Shown: one piece after another, positions 42,795-52,780 of the stretch
Layout of the letters: every line of letters begins with the position of its first letter
Position numbering within the stretch: position 1 is the first letter of the stretch
DNA from: Clostridia bacterium
GTDB lineage: Bacteria > Bacillota > Clostridia > HGM11514
Direction: 5' to 3'
DNA: 64,000 nt
Assembly: GCA_045586685.1 (NCBI GenBank)
Contig: JAZNAU010000009.1
Location: 1-64,000 of the forward strand
The notes under the pieces: model-generated
The model's input: the letters and a program-made list of their open reading frames with translations, nothing else
Database searches by the model: none
Told to the model about the DNA's origin: nothing
Program-made: the position numbers and the translations under genes

Positions 42795-43354
42795 CTTATC
42801 CTAATCTCCTTCAATTGATTTCTGCACAGCTTCCAATCAGGACAAACCTTTTCCAATTCTTCGTAAAACTTACTTGAATGATTCCCGTGCAAAAAGTGGG
42901 TAAATTCATGCAACACCACATACTCTATACATTCTTTCGGTGCATACATCAAATTTATATTAAAAGTCAGAATCCCTTTTGCCGGATGACAACTCCCCCA
43001 ACGAGACACCATTTTACGAAATTTTATCTGGGGATATTTGATGCCAAGACATTGGTAATAAGGATATGCTCTCTGGCAAAGTGCAAGAATAATATCTTGT
43101 ATTTCCTCCTCTTCAAAATACTTCTTTTGGGGTTTCTCTGAATTATTCTCATTTCGTTCTAGTACTTTCAGAATAAATTCCGCCTTAGACAATACAAATG
43201 CATCAATGAACTGTTCAGAAACGCTTTGATTTGCTGATACATGAACTGTTCCGTCAGACTTAATGCGAAGATTGATATTTTTGACTTTTTTTATCTGAAA
43301 GTCATATTGAATGACTCGATTTTGAAACACTACTGCTTTTTTCATAATTTCCAA
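42791..43354 (-). CDS. M48/YgjP-like zinc metalloprotein
   Basis: MVSRWGSC; EYVVLHEFTH (HExxH); NHSSKFY. Confidence 0.88.
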   Translation of the reverse strand: MEIMKKAVVFQNRVIQYDFQIKKVKNINLRIKSDGTVHVSANQSVSEQFIDAFVLSKAEFILKVLERNENNSEKPQKKYFEEEEIQDIILALCQRAYPYYQCLGIKYPQIKFRKMVSRWGSCHPAKGILTFNINLMYAPKECIEYVVLHEFTHFLHGNHSSKFYEELEKVCPDWKLCRNQLKEIRIR

Positions 43355-43645
43355 AACCCTTATCTTGTCCCATCATATTTTAAAAGTCTCTGATGTTTAT
43401 TATATCACAGGATGACGGATAGGTCAATATTTTAAAGACTACGCTCGTATACTCCCCATAGCCTCTGCTTCTTTTTGATTTAAAAGAACCTATTTTTATG
43501 TTTCCATTTTCTTATCATCTTTCTTTCACGCTTTTCTTCATCGTATATCCAAGTCTTTCACACCTATCCAACGATAAAATAAAAAGAAATGAGTCCGGTA
43601 CAATACCGAACTCATTTACATAAAAGACAATAAATTTAATAGTTC

Positions 43646-45076
43646 TTATTTTTGTGTTGCCTTCCACTCAGCATACTGACGTTCAATTTCGTCTTTTACG
43701 ATCTGAGCACCAGCAAGCTCTCTCTTATCCCAATGTTTCTGGTAGGTTCCTTCGATATCCTCTACCACACCTCTTTTTAATCCGGTGGTATACTCTGTTA
43801 CAGAATTCAAATTTGTAATTTCTGTTTCTACAGGAGCAGTATCAAATACAAAACCAACATTTTCATCAACCGGTGCTTCTCTGTTCAGACGGTCTGTTTC
43901 TTCCCATACGCCTTCTTCATAGCCGGGCATTAAGTAAGCAAGCAACTGATTTCCGATTCTGAATTCAGGAATATGATAACCATTTCCTTCGGTAGGTGTA
44001 ATTCTGTTTCCGTCCTTGGTGTAGTTTACACCCTCAATTCCGTAAGCCAACAGGTTAAACAGATATTGGTCGGTGGTTACCAGTTCCAAAAGTTTTAATG
44101 CACGAACAGGATTTTTTGATACACGGTTGATAGCAGTCAATGCACTTTGCATTTCATTTCTTCTTAAAATCATGTCACTGGTAGGTACTGCAATAACATC
44201 CCAATCATAGGAAATTGCGTGTTTTGCTTCTGCACCGGGCAAATGACGGTTATAACGAGAGAACAGTTTTCCTGCCTTCAAATAAGGATTTTCATCAAAT
44301 ACAACGTCCTGAGTAGTAATTGCTTTTTCATACCAACGTCTTGCAACGTAATATTGAGGTAACAGTTCTTCCCGTCTGTCGGTTACTTCACCGTCTACAA
44401 TACAGAAACCGCCCTTGACAGGAGTCATGTTTACATCAAACTGGTTGAGTGTCATGCCGCTAATCATCTGCATACCAGGTTCGTTTGGTTTAACTACGTC
44501 ATAGATTGCTTCCATATCTTCGTAAGAAGAAATTGATTTTACTTCATCTACCAGATCATATTTTTCAACTTCGTCCTTTTTAAACCATAAACCGCACTGG
44601 TGATACATAACCTGATACATGGGAACTGCAAAAATCTGGTCATTTAATGTTAATGCATCCCAATACATTTCGTCAAAATAGTCATAAAGTTCGGGAGTTT
44701 CGGTTTTCAGAATTTCTGACAAATCATAATAAGCACCCTTAAGAGCGTTGCCTTCATACGGATTCTGCCAGTTGGATGTGAACATCAAATCCCAAGAATC
44801 ATCCTGAGCTGCCATCATCATGCTTGTTTTTTGACCAAAATCACCAGGTTGGATAAACTGAATTTCCAAGGTTGCATTGATTTTTTCCAGCAAATACTTA
44901 TTTACTTCTTCGATTACTTCATCGTATCCCGCCGGTTCGTCCAGAGCGATAGCCCATACCAGGTTTACCTGTTTGCTCATATCGTCCTGACTTGCTGTTT
45001 GCTTTGTTTCTCCGCAGGCACAAACGGAAAGTGCCAGCAGTGCTGCCATTGCCATGGCTAACATTCTTTTTACCAT
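43646..45076 (-). CDS. Carbohydrate ABC transporter solute-binding lipoprotein (DUF3502-type C-terminus)
   Basis: Lipobox (VCAC-G); EKINATLE; LLAYGIEG.NY; GFVFDTAPVETEI; EIERQY. Confidence 0.85.
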   Translation of the reverse strand: MVKRMLAMAMAALLALSVCACGETKQTASQDDMSKQVNLVWAIALDEPAGYDEVIEEVNKYLLEKINATLEIQFIQPGDFGQKTSMMMAAQDDSWDLMFTSNWQNPYEGNALKGAYYDLSEILKTETPELYDYFDEMYWDALTLNDQIFAVPMYQVMYHQCGLWFKKDEVEKYDLVDEVKSISSYEDMEAIYDVVKPNEPGMQMISGMTLNQFDVNMTPVKGGFCIVDGEVTDRREELLPQYYVARRWYEKAITTQDVVFDENPYLKAGKLFSRYNRHLPGAEAKHAISYDWDVIAVPTSDMILRRNEMQSALTAINRVSKNPVRALKLLELVTTDQYLFNLLAYGIEGVNYTKDGNRITPTEGNGYHIPEFRIGNQLLAYLMPGYEEGVWEETDRLNREAPVDENVGFVFDTAPVETEITNLNSVTEYTTGLKRGVVEDIEGTYQKHWDKRELAGAQIVKDEIERQYAEWKATQK

Positions 45077-45541
45077 TTTTTTCTTCCTCCTTAGATTTTT
45101 GGAATTTTACTTCCATGGTTTTATTTTGCTCATAAGCGCGGATGGTTGCATTGATGATATAAACAGGTGTTAAAAACCCCCATAAATTCTCAACGCCCTT
45201 CCCCGTTTGAGTCATGTGATAAATCCCCTTAAGCCCGGCATATGATAAGCATTGCTTAAGGTAATGCTTTTGGAACTGCATTCATTGCTGTTTTTGTAAG
45301 CTGTTACACCAAAACCGCTTCCCCGAATGCAGTAACATTGTAATTCTCATAATGATATGTAATTTAAACTGTGTCTATGCCAATGTTATACATATAATCA
45401 TTGGATGTTGCGTTCGTTTCTTCCTTGACAGATAAGGGCAATTTCCAACCATTCTGTATGGCAAAATCTCCCATTTTGTCAAGCTGTTTATTCTTTGTTA
45501 CCACACATCGGATGATGTGTGGCAACAAAGAGAAAATACAA

Positions 45542-48049
45542 TTAGGAAATATCTGCAATCAATTCGCGAATCATAAATTCGTCATCTGCAGAAATCAGCT
45601 CGGTTTCTGCACTGATTACGATCAAGCCTCTGTTATCCCAGAACACATTTTTACCAAGGGATTCTGCAATCGCACGCAGAGGAATCACCGTTCTGTCATT
45701 TAAGGTCTGAGCAGGAACATCCAATTCGGTTACTGTTCCGTTCACATTCATTTCCTTGCTGTTAATCTTGAGAGTAATTGTGTTGCTTCCCATGGTAATG
45801 GTAACGGTTTCAGTTGCTCCGTCCCAACCTACATTTGCACCAAAGGATTCTGCGATGAAACGTACAGGAACTAAAGTTCTGTCATTTAATACCACAGGCT
45901 GAACTGCTTCGTTTGCAGGGTCAACCATGGTCTTATTTCCCATTGCAATCGCTTTGGGAGAACCAATCAACAGAGTCACCGCTTTTGATTCTACTGTTTC
46001 AACTACATCATCCAGCAATCCAATCTTTTCAAAAGGAATAGGTTCAAAATCAGGCAACTTTGTGAAGATTTCACTGTCTTCTTTCAATGTAAAGTCTTTG
46101 TTTTTGTAATCAACAAAGCCCTTGGTATTAGAGATGTCAATATTATTTTTAAAGGTACCGTTATCCATTGCCACCTGATCAATTTTATAGCCTGGAGATT
46201 TATACTGTACATTGTTACGGATAATGTTACCCATGGGTTTTTCGGGGCTGTTTTCCAGAACGTTTGTTAACAAGGGATACTTTTCAGCCCAAATGCCTTC
46301 TTTATAAGGAACGTTCATTAAGTTCTGATAAATTTCGGAACCTTTTCCGGTATCCATCCAGCTCATACCACGGCTGTCCAGACGGAACGCCTGAGCACAT
46401 TCCAGCATCAGGTTGTTTTCAAAAACATTGTCACGTCCGCCGCCCACCAGTGCAATCTGAGAGATCTTATACATAACGTTTCCATATACATGGGTGGAAG
46501 AATGCATATCATCCAAGTACACCCCTGCTGCGGTCATACCGGTGTTGGTATCCATGAGAGTAACATCATGTAAATAGTTATAACGAATTACATTTCCTCT
46601 TTGAGTCCAGTCACGGCCGGTATAGATCATACCCTGGTCAGCAGTATTCTGACAAACAAAGCCGATATCGTTATATTCAATTATGTTGTCATTTCCTCTA
46701 TAGAAAATAGCTTGTGCTGCACCGTATGCAATCTTGTTATGAGCAATTCTTGTACCAACGCTCTGGTTAATGTGGATTGCAGTATTAGCTCCATTAGAAT
46801 CATACAACTGGAACCGTTCAATGGTGTTATTGATGATTTCGTTATTACCGGAGGTCAGTGTAATTCTGTCACCGCCCTGAAAATGAATGGCACCGCATCC
46901 CAGGTCATGGAAATAGTTACTGCGGATTTCTGTGTTGGTACCTGTTCCGCGGACTGCAGTATCGGTAATCAAAGAAAATTCACAGTTATTGATACTTACA
47001 TTGTCTACCTCATTTAATTCAATTCCGTAATTTAAGTTCTTGGTAAAGTGAATTCCGGAAATGGTAACATTCTTAGCCTTATCAACCTTAATAAAAGGTT
47101 TGTCGCTGGTTACCAGTGCAATCTGATTGGAAGAAGTAATTTCCTTTTCAGAGTACAAATACAGGATTCCATTTTCCCGATCCAAGTACCATTCACCGGG
47201 AGCATCCAATTCTTCAAGCAGGTTATAGAAATAAAAACGCTGATTTTGGGCTACACTGTAGTAAGCCGGAAATTCAGATTTAATAATGTTTTTGTTATCA
47301 AAGTCAATTTGAACGACAAAGCTCTGTCTGTGCCAGTCGTGCATCCAATAACCTTCAACGTAAAATTCGCTGTTAGCAGTCCACTTATTCAGACGGCTAT
47401 CGGTTGTACGAATCTGAAATCCTTCCAGATTTTTCAAAGGTGCTGTCATGTTTCGAGGATCAGAACCTTGTTTTATTACTTCATCAATATTCAGATAGCC
47501 CTCATTGGGATATCTTGCAATCGTCTGCAATTTGCCATCTACATACAGCATTGCAGTGTTACTTTCCGCAACTGTCTTTTGAGAACCGTCTTCTAATGTT
47601 TCATAGGAAGTATATCCCACTACACCGTAATCGGTAATGCCATTTGCCTTCAGGTCAGCAGCATAAATTTTATCTTTTGCATTTTTGGTTACAATTCTGT
47701 CCAAAATGGCAGTATCGGTTACTTTTTTAAACCAGCTGCTATCCAGCTCATTTGTACCTGTTACCGCTACTTTTTCGTCGCCATAAGCACGAATGGTAAG
47801 TCCGTTATGTTTTTGGGTTAAGGTGACAGTATCTTTAATCAGATAATTGCCTTCTCTTAAGTAAATAGTCGCTTGCTTTCCTTCTGCCAGTTCAACTGCT
47901 TTTGCCAAAGTTGCCAAGGGCGCATCAGCAGAGCCGACAGCAGAATCACTTCCCGTTGGTGCAACATAATACACTGCATCTGCAGCCAAAACAGGGGCAC
48001 ACAAGGAGGTGATCAATAAAACACATAGTAATAATGCTATTTTTTTCAT
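45542..48049 (-). CDS. Secreted right-handed beta-helix protein (putative glycan-active) with C-terminal copper amine oxidase N-like domain
   Basis: YYVAPTGSD..G...PLATL; ARYPN; NLLEELDAPGEWYLD; GVYLDD; RTLVPVRFIAESFGA. Confidence 0.85.
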   Translation of the reverse strand: MKKIALLLCVLLITSLCAPVLAADAVYYVAPTGSDSAVGSADAPLATLAKAVELAEGKQATIYLREGNYLIKDTVTLTQKHNGLTIRAYGDEKVAVTGTNELDSSWFKKVTDTAILDRIVTKNAKDKIYAADLKANGITDYGVVGYTSYETLEDGSQKTVAESNTAMLYVDGKLQTIARYPNEGYLNIDEVIKQGSDPRNMTAPLKNLEGFQIRTTDSRLNKWTANSEFYVEGYWMHDWHRQSFVVQIDFDNKNIIKSEFPAYYSVAQNQRFYFYNLLEELDAPGEWYLDRENGILYLYSEKEITSSNQIALVTSDKPFIKVDKAKNVTISGIHFTKNLNYGIELNEVDNVSINNCEFSLITDTAVRGTGTNTEIRSNYFHDLGCGAIHFQGGDRITLTSGNNEIINNTIERFQLYDSNGANTAIHINQSVGTRIAHNKIAYGAAQAIFYRGNDNIIEYNDIGFVCQNTADQGMIYTGRDWTQRGNVIRYNYLHDVTLMDTNTGMTAAGVYLDDMHSSTHVYGNVMYKISQIALVGGGRDNVFENNLMLECAQAFRLDSRGMSWMDTGKGSEIYQNLMNVPYKEGIWAEKYPLLTNVLENSPEKPMGNIIRNNVQYKSPGYKIDQVAMDNGTFKNNIDISNTKGFVDYKNKDFTLKEDSEIFTKLPDFEPIPFEKIGLLDDVVETVESKAVTLLIGSPKAIAMGNKTMVDPANEAVQPVVLNDRTLVPVRFIAESFGANVGWDGATETVTITMGSNTITLKINSKEMNVNGTVTELDVPAQTLNDRTVIPLRAIAESLGKNVFWDNRGLIVISAETELISADDEFMIRELIADIS

Positions 48050-48322
48050 TTTATTTTTCCTCTCTTTCTTCTTTTCTTTCCTTATTTTTTCACCATTTTG
48101 AGTTGGAAACCTAAGTCATTTTTTCTGTTGTTTTTTCGTTTTTTTGCCTTCCTTTCTTTGTAAAATTTATTGTAAAGAGAAAATATGTACCTACCTCTCC
48201 AACATACTTTTATTATAATCTTTTTATGCAAAAAAGACAATACGAAAAATTGATTAAAAAATTATGTTTTTTTGTGATTTCCCTTCCGGAATATTTTTTC
48301 AAAAGAGACTTGATTTTTTCAT

Positions 48323-49240
48323 ATGAATCATGTAAAATATAATAAAAGGAAGTGCACAACAATGATTGTAAATAAACAGAATAATTATAGTTTATATAGT
48401 AATCCCGATACAAATCTATTATCCAATCAAATTTGTTTCTCTCTGTTTGAGCATACTTACTTTGAATGTTCAAAAGAGGTTACCACCGTTCACAGCAACA
48501 AACGATTTAACAATACTAATTTAATTTATTATATCATCGAAGGTGGCGGAACCATCCTATTGTCGGATCGAAAAATTCCTATTGTTCCCGGAAAAATTTA
48601 TTTTTTCCCCTGTGTAAAACCCGAAAATTACACCTCTGTAGTTCAACCGGATACAAAAAAAGTACAGATTCAATTTCAATGCAATCTGTACAGTAATCAG
48701 GATATTTTCGCTGATGTGCTTTATCCCCAATGTCTGGAGGATACTCACCATCTGATTCCTATTATAAAAGAAACGGTTCTTTCAAAAAACCCAGGAACAC
48801 AAGTCCTGCTTTCTCCTTTGATTCAGTTAAGTATTGCTCCCTTATTTAAGCTAGTCGAGCAATCCTTAAGCGAGCAACTGATAAAAGGAAAAAAATACAG
48901 TACTCTCTTTGACTATATTAACCATAATTTATACATTGACCTGACCACAGAAAAATTGGCTAAGGAAACCGGTTTTTCTGTTTACTCCCTGACTCATACC
49001 ATTCCAAAAGAAATGGGATTTACCTTTAAAAAGTACATTACAAACAGAATTTTACGGTTGGTTTGCTTAGATTTAATTTATACAGAAACCTTAATCCGCA
49101 ACATCGCTTTTAAGTACCACTTCTCTACCGAAGGATATTTTTCAGATTGGTTTTTCAAATTAACCGAAAAGCGCCCCAAGGAATATCGTCAAAAATTCCG
49201 TTCTGCAGGGAATTACAGTTTTTATCAAAATCATATTTAA
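48323..49240 (+). CDS. AraC family transcriptional regulator
   Basis: N-terminal cupin-like region; C-terminal LAKETGFS...FKKYI...IAFKYHFSTEGYFS..F...PKEYR; true start may be 48362. Confidence 0.85.
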   Translation: MNHVKYNKRKCTTMIVNKQNNYSLYSNPDTNLLSNQICFSLFEHTYFECSKEVTTVHSNKRFNNTNLIYYIIEGGGTILLSDRKIPIVPGKIYFFPCVKPENYTSVVQPDTKKVQIQFQCNLYSNQDIFADVLYPQCLEDTHHLIPIIKETVLSKNPGTQVLLSPLIQLSIAPLFKLVEQSLSEQLIKGKKYSTLFDYINHNLYIDLTTEKLAKETGFSVYSLTHTIPKEMGFTFKKYITNRILRLVCLDLIYTETLIRNIAFKYHFSTEGYFSDWFFKLTEKRPKEYRQKFRSAGNYSFYQNHI

Positions 49241-49331
49241 CGATTGAACATTTAGATTTTTAAGGTAACCGATTTTTGAGAAGTTTTACTAATAAATTAA
49301 GCAGAACCATAGAGATATTTAATTTATAATA

Positions 49332-49525
49332 ATTTGACAACTTCGTTGTCATGAATTGGTTTTACCATGAATTGTTGCTGTCGCAACATGAATTGAATTG
49401 CCTTAATGCACCCTAAGGTGCAATTCATGAGCCGTAGGCTTAATTCATGAAATCGCAGATTTCAATTCGTGCCGTCAGGCAATTTATTGAAAAAGCGACT
49501 TGTCAAAACAAGCCGCTTTTTCTGG
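49332..49525. repeat. Hairpin-ladder element B, copy 1
   Basis: 194 bp; ATGAATT / AATTCAT mirror spacers with 7 mini-hairpins, then terminator and TGG; direct repeat of 52968-53145. Confidence 0.9.
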
Positions 49526-49539
49526 AAGAACCCAATGGT

Positions 49540-50979
49540 TTAGATGCCACAATTTATTAAGTAATTATGTTTCATCGGTCCCGAGCCATTTCCCAAATCA
49601 AGACCTTCTAAAAGTGCATATGATATATATTCTTTCGCTCTTTTAACCGAGTCTTTGAGGTTAAGTCCTTTTGCAAGATTTGATGCTATTGCACTGGAAA
49701 GAGTGCATCCGGTTCCATGTGTGTTTGGGTTATCAATCCTTTTTCCATCGAACCATACAAACTTACCACTTTCATACAAAAGATCATTTGCATCATTTAT
49801 ACTATGCCCACCTTTCAACAAAACGCAGCACCCATAGTTTTTCTCAATGAATTCTGCTGCTTTTATCATATCGTCATTACTCTTGATTTTCATATCTGAT
49901 AAAATTTCCGCCTCAGGAATATTGGGTGTCACAACAGTTGCAATGGGTAAGAGTTTTTGAGTTAATGTTTTTACGGCATCTGTCTTCATAAGAGTTGAGC
50001 CGCTTGTTGCAACCATAACCGGATCTACAACAATATTCTTTGCATTATAAAATTTAAGTCTATCTACAATTACTTTAATAAGTTCGCTTGAGGATACCAT
50101 CCCGATTTTTACACTATCGGGAAATATATCTTGAAATACTGCATCAATTTGTTCTTTTAAAAATTCGGGAGTAGTTTCCTCAATCGCTCTTACTCCAAGT
50201 GTATTTTGAGCTGTAAGTGCAGTAATGGCACTCATAGCATAAACACCATTCATTGTCATAGTTTTGATATCTGCCTGAATACCTGCACCACCACTTGAAT
50301 CACTGCCGGCAATAGTTAATACCGTTTTCATTTTGGTGGCAAAGCAGAAGCTTCCGAAATCCTTTATGTAATAATCTGAAATTTCTTTCATCTGCTCTTG
50401 ACTTAGTTCGTGTTCATCATAAACTGCCGCAACCTTAAATCCATCATCTTTAGCAGTTTTAAGTGCATGAACCACATCTTCAAAAACTACAGTTTCTGTT
50501 TTTTCTGTACCAAGATATTCAAGTGCTTTACGATAAATATGAGATGTGGTTTTGTCATAACCTACTTCTGCACAGGAGAATATTTCAGAAAAGTATTCCA
50601 GAACCCCCAATCGTTTTAACACATCTTCTGCAATAGCTCTGTCCGTCACAGTTGCAACACACATTTTTACACCTTTATAATGTAACCTTTTTAGAAAATC
50701 TTTCACACCTGATTTCAACGTTACCTTTGTCCGATAAATTTCAGCCACCATATTATTTATATCGTTAACAATTTCTTGGGCAGAAAGATTAACACCATAA
50801 TGCTCGCGATAATATTCTGCGGCTTGCTGGAGTGTAAATGTTTTAAATGCTTCTGCAAGGTTTTCTTTGGGTTCTTTCCCAAGTGTTCTTAAATAATCCT
50901 CGCCAAACGTGTCCCATATCCACATAGAATCTATAATTGTTCCGTCTAAATCAAATATTGCACCCTTAAACACCTTCAA
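49540..50979 (-). CDS. thiD: HAD phosphatase fused to HMP/HMP-P kinase ThiD
   Basis: FDLDGTIIDS...VFED HAD domain, then VLTIAGSDSSGGAGIQAD, TPNIPEA, THGTGCT. Confidence 0.92.
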   Translation of the reverse strand: MKVFKGAIFDLDGTIIDSMWIWDTFGEDYLRTLGKEPKENLAEAFKTFTLQQAAEYYREHYGVNLSAQEIVNDINNMVAEIYRTKVTLKSGVKDFLKRLHYKGVKMCVATVTDRAIAEDVLKRLGVLEYFSEIFSCAEVGYDKTTSHIYRKALEYLGTEKTETVVFEDVVHALKTAKDDGFKVAAVYDEHELSQEQMKEISDYYIKDFGSFCFATKMKTVLTIAGSDSSGGAGIQADIKTMTMNGVYAMSAITALTAQNTLGVRAIEETTPEFLKEQIDAVFQDIFPDSVKIGMVSSSELIKVIVDRLKFYNAKNIVVDPVMVATSGSTLMKTDAVKTLTQKLLPIATVVTPNIPEAEILSDMKIKSNDDMIKAAEFIEKNYGCCVLLKGGHSINDANDLLYESGKFVWFDGKRIDNPNTHGTGCTLSSAIASNLAKGLNLKDSVKRAKEYISYALLEGLDLGNGSGPMKHNYLINCGI

Positions 50980-51610
50980 CCACCTGCTTTGTTAATTCTT
51001 TTAATTCCGATGTAGCTTTTTGAATATTGTCTGCAGCAAAAATTGCACTGATAACTGCAACTCCATCTATTCCGCTTCCACTGAGTTGCAAAACATTGCC
51101 TGCTCCAATGCCACCAATGGCAACCACAGGAATGCTTACAGCCTCGCATATTGCTTTAAGTGTTTCATAGCTTACATCATCGGCATCTGCTTTTGAGGCT
51201 GTACTAAACACAGCCCCTACACCTAAATAATCAGCGCCCATTTTTTCAGCAAGCAAAGCTTGTTCTACCGTTTGTGCGGATACGCCAAGAATTTTATTAT
51301 CTCCAATGCTATCTCTGACCAATCCTGCTTCCATATCCTTTTGCCCTACATGAATCCCATCTGCATTTGCCTTGACAGCAATATCTACATTGTCATTGAT
51401 AACAAAAGGAACATTATACTTTCTACAAAGTTCTTTTATTTCAAAAGCCTCTTTGAGAAATGCTTCATCATCTAATTCCTTTTCTCGAAGTTGAATAAAA
51501 GTTGCTCCGCCCCTAAGTGCTTCTTCTACTTGCTGATAAAGAGTTCTGTTTCCAATCCATGTACAGTCGGTAACAGCATATAAAAGTAAATCTTTTTTAT
51601 CTAACTTCAT
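50966..51610 (-). CDS. thiE: Thiamine phosphate synthase
   Basis: LYAVTD; IQLREK; INDNVD; GIHVGQKD; PVVAIGGI. Confidence 0.96.
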   Translation of the reverse strand: MKLDKKDLLLYAVTDCTWIGNRTLYQQVEEALRGGATFIQLREKELDDEAFLKEAFEIKELCRKYNVPFVINDNVDIAVKANADGIHVGQKDMEAGLVRDSIGDNKILGVSAQTVEQALLAEKMGADYLGVGAVFSTASKADADDVSYETLKAICEAVSIPVVAIGGIGAGNVLQLSGSGIDGVAVISAIFAADNIQKATSELKELTKQVVEGV

Positions 51611-52418
51611 ATTTCGCTCCTTTGTTTAACATATCTGCATCCATATTATAAATTGCATCAATTATGCGATTTCTCAAAGTGGAGTTTCCTTCTCCTGTCT
51701 TTAAATCTGTATAACCAATTTCACCTGCAAGTCCCATCATACAAACTGCTGCTGCAACTGCTTTTGTTTTGTCATTGGGATTGGCTACAGCGAAAGCTGT
51801 TGCCAGTGCTGAAAGCTGACAACCTGTACCTGTAATTTTACTCATTTCAGGTCTGCCGTTACGGATAACATAGCATTTTTCACTATCTGCCACAAGGTCA
51901 ATTGCACCTGTAATTGCTATAACAGCATTTGCTTTTTGAGAAAAATTTTTCGCAAAAGCTACCATGTCATCAAGATTATCTTCTGTTACTGTGTCAGCTG
52001 TATCTGCATCAACACCCTTTGTCGTTCCGCATCCAAGTGCTAAAGTTTTAATCTCTGAAATATTCCCACGAATAACATCAAACTTAATTGTATTCATAAG
52101 TTTAATTGCTGTATCTGTGCGAAGTTTACTTGCACCGGCTCCTACAGGATCAAGTAAAACTATATGGCCGACTTCATTCGCTTTTACACCTGCAATAAAC
52201 ATTCCCTCAATACTTCTTTGGTTCAAAGTACCGATGTTGATATTAAGCCCTCCACAAATCGATGTAATATCGGCTACATCCTCCGGTTCGTCCGACATAA
52301 TCGGGCTACTTCCACAAGCAAGCAAGACATTTGCTACATCATTTACCGTAACATAGTTTGTGATGTTATGCACAAGCGGTGCTTTTCTCCTTACATTTTC
52401 CATACAGTTTCCTAACAT
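51597..52418 (-). CDS. thiM: Hydroxyethylthiazole kinase
   Basis: PLVHNITNYVTVND; NIGTL; LDPVGAG; RGNISEI; ITGTGC. Confidence 0.96.
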   Translation of the reverse strand: MLGNCMENVRRKAPLVHNITNYVTVNDVANVLLACGSSPIMSDEPEDVADITSICGGLNINIGTLNQRSIEGMFIAGVKANEVGHIVLLDPVGAGASKLRTDTAIKLMNTIKFDVIRGNISEIKTLALGCGTTKGVDADTADTVTEDNLDDMVAFAKNFSQKANAVIAITGAIDLVADSEKCYVIRNGRPEMSKITGTGCQLSALATAFAVANPNDKTKAVAAAVCMMGLAGEIGYTDLKTGEGNSTLRNRIIDAIYNMDADMLNKGAKYEVR

Positions 52419-52482
52419 TTTTTACCTCTTTCTGCCGCAATTTATCGGCTGTTTATTAACTTAATAACAAACCTTGCCAAAC

Positions 52483-52514
52483 AAAAAAGGAAGCTACCGA
52501 TTTGGTAACTTCCT
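52483..52514 (-). terminator. Riboswitch-associated terminator in thiM leader
   Basis: Minus strand AGGAAGTTACC-AAATC-GGTAGCTTCCT followed by a T-run. Confidence 0.75.
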
Positions 52515-52549
52515 AAAAAGTTCTTTGTTCCTCCTAACACTATGTATCA

Positions 52550-52637
52550 GGCATCCCTACGTTGGCATTATCCAAATCAGGTTCTCGGTCGAAGGTCATA
52601 CCTTCCTCTCAGCCTGTAATACAAGCTCCCGTTTATT
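52550..52637 (-). promoter_or_regulatory. TPP riboswitch
   Basis: Minus strand GGGAGC...GCTGAGAGG...GACC..AACCTGATTTGGATAATGCCAACGTAGGGA, upstream of thiM. Confidence 0.95.
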
Positions 52638-52753
52638 AAGTTTAAACATATTATATCACTTTTCAAAGTATATTTCAATAGATTTTGATAAATTATTTTA
52701 AAGAATATAAAAACTGAATAATTAGATGTGTCATCTAAATCATTCGGTTTCTA

Positions 52754-52780
52754 TGGTTCCCCCTGTTGGACTCAAACCAG
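52754..52780 (-). other. tRNA 3'-end fragment (att-like scar)
   Basis: Minus strand CTGGTTTGAGTCCAACAGGGGGAACCA = T-arm + acceptor 3' strand + CCA, with no 5' half. Confidence 0.65.

Noticed and set aside
43400-43580. Possible gene remnant downstream of the SBP gene
   Set aside because: Only very short frames; no identifiable product, so a pseudogene call is unsupported.
49332-49490. Regularly spaced ATGAATT/AATTCAT repeats as a CRISPR array
   Set aside because: Repeats are only 6-8 bp, flip orientation midway, the intervening units are self-complementary 9-17-mers, and no cas genes are present.
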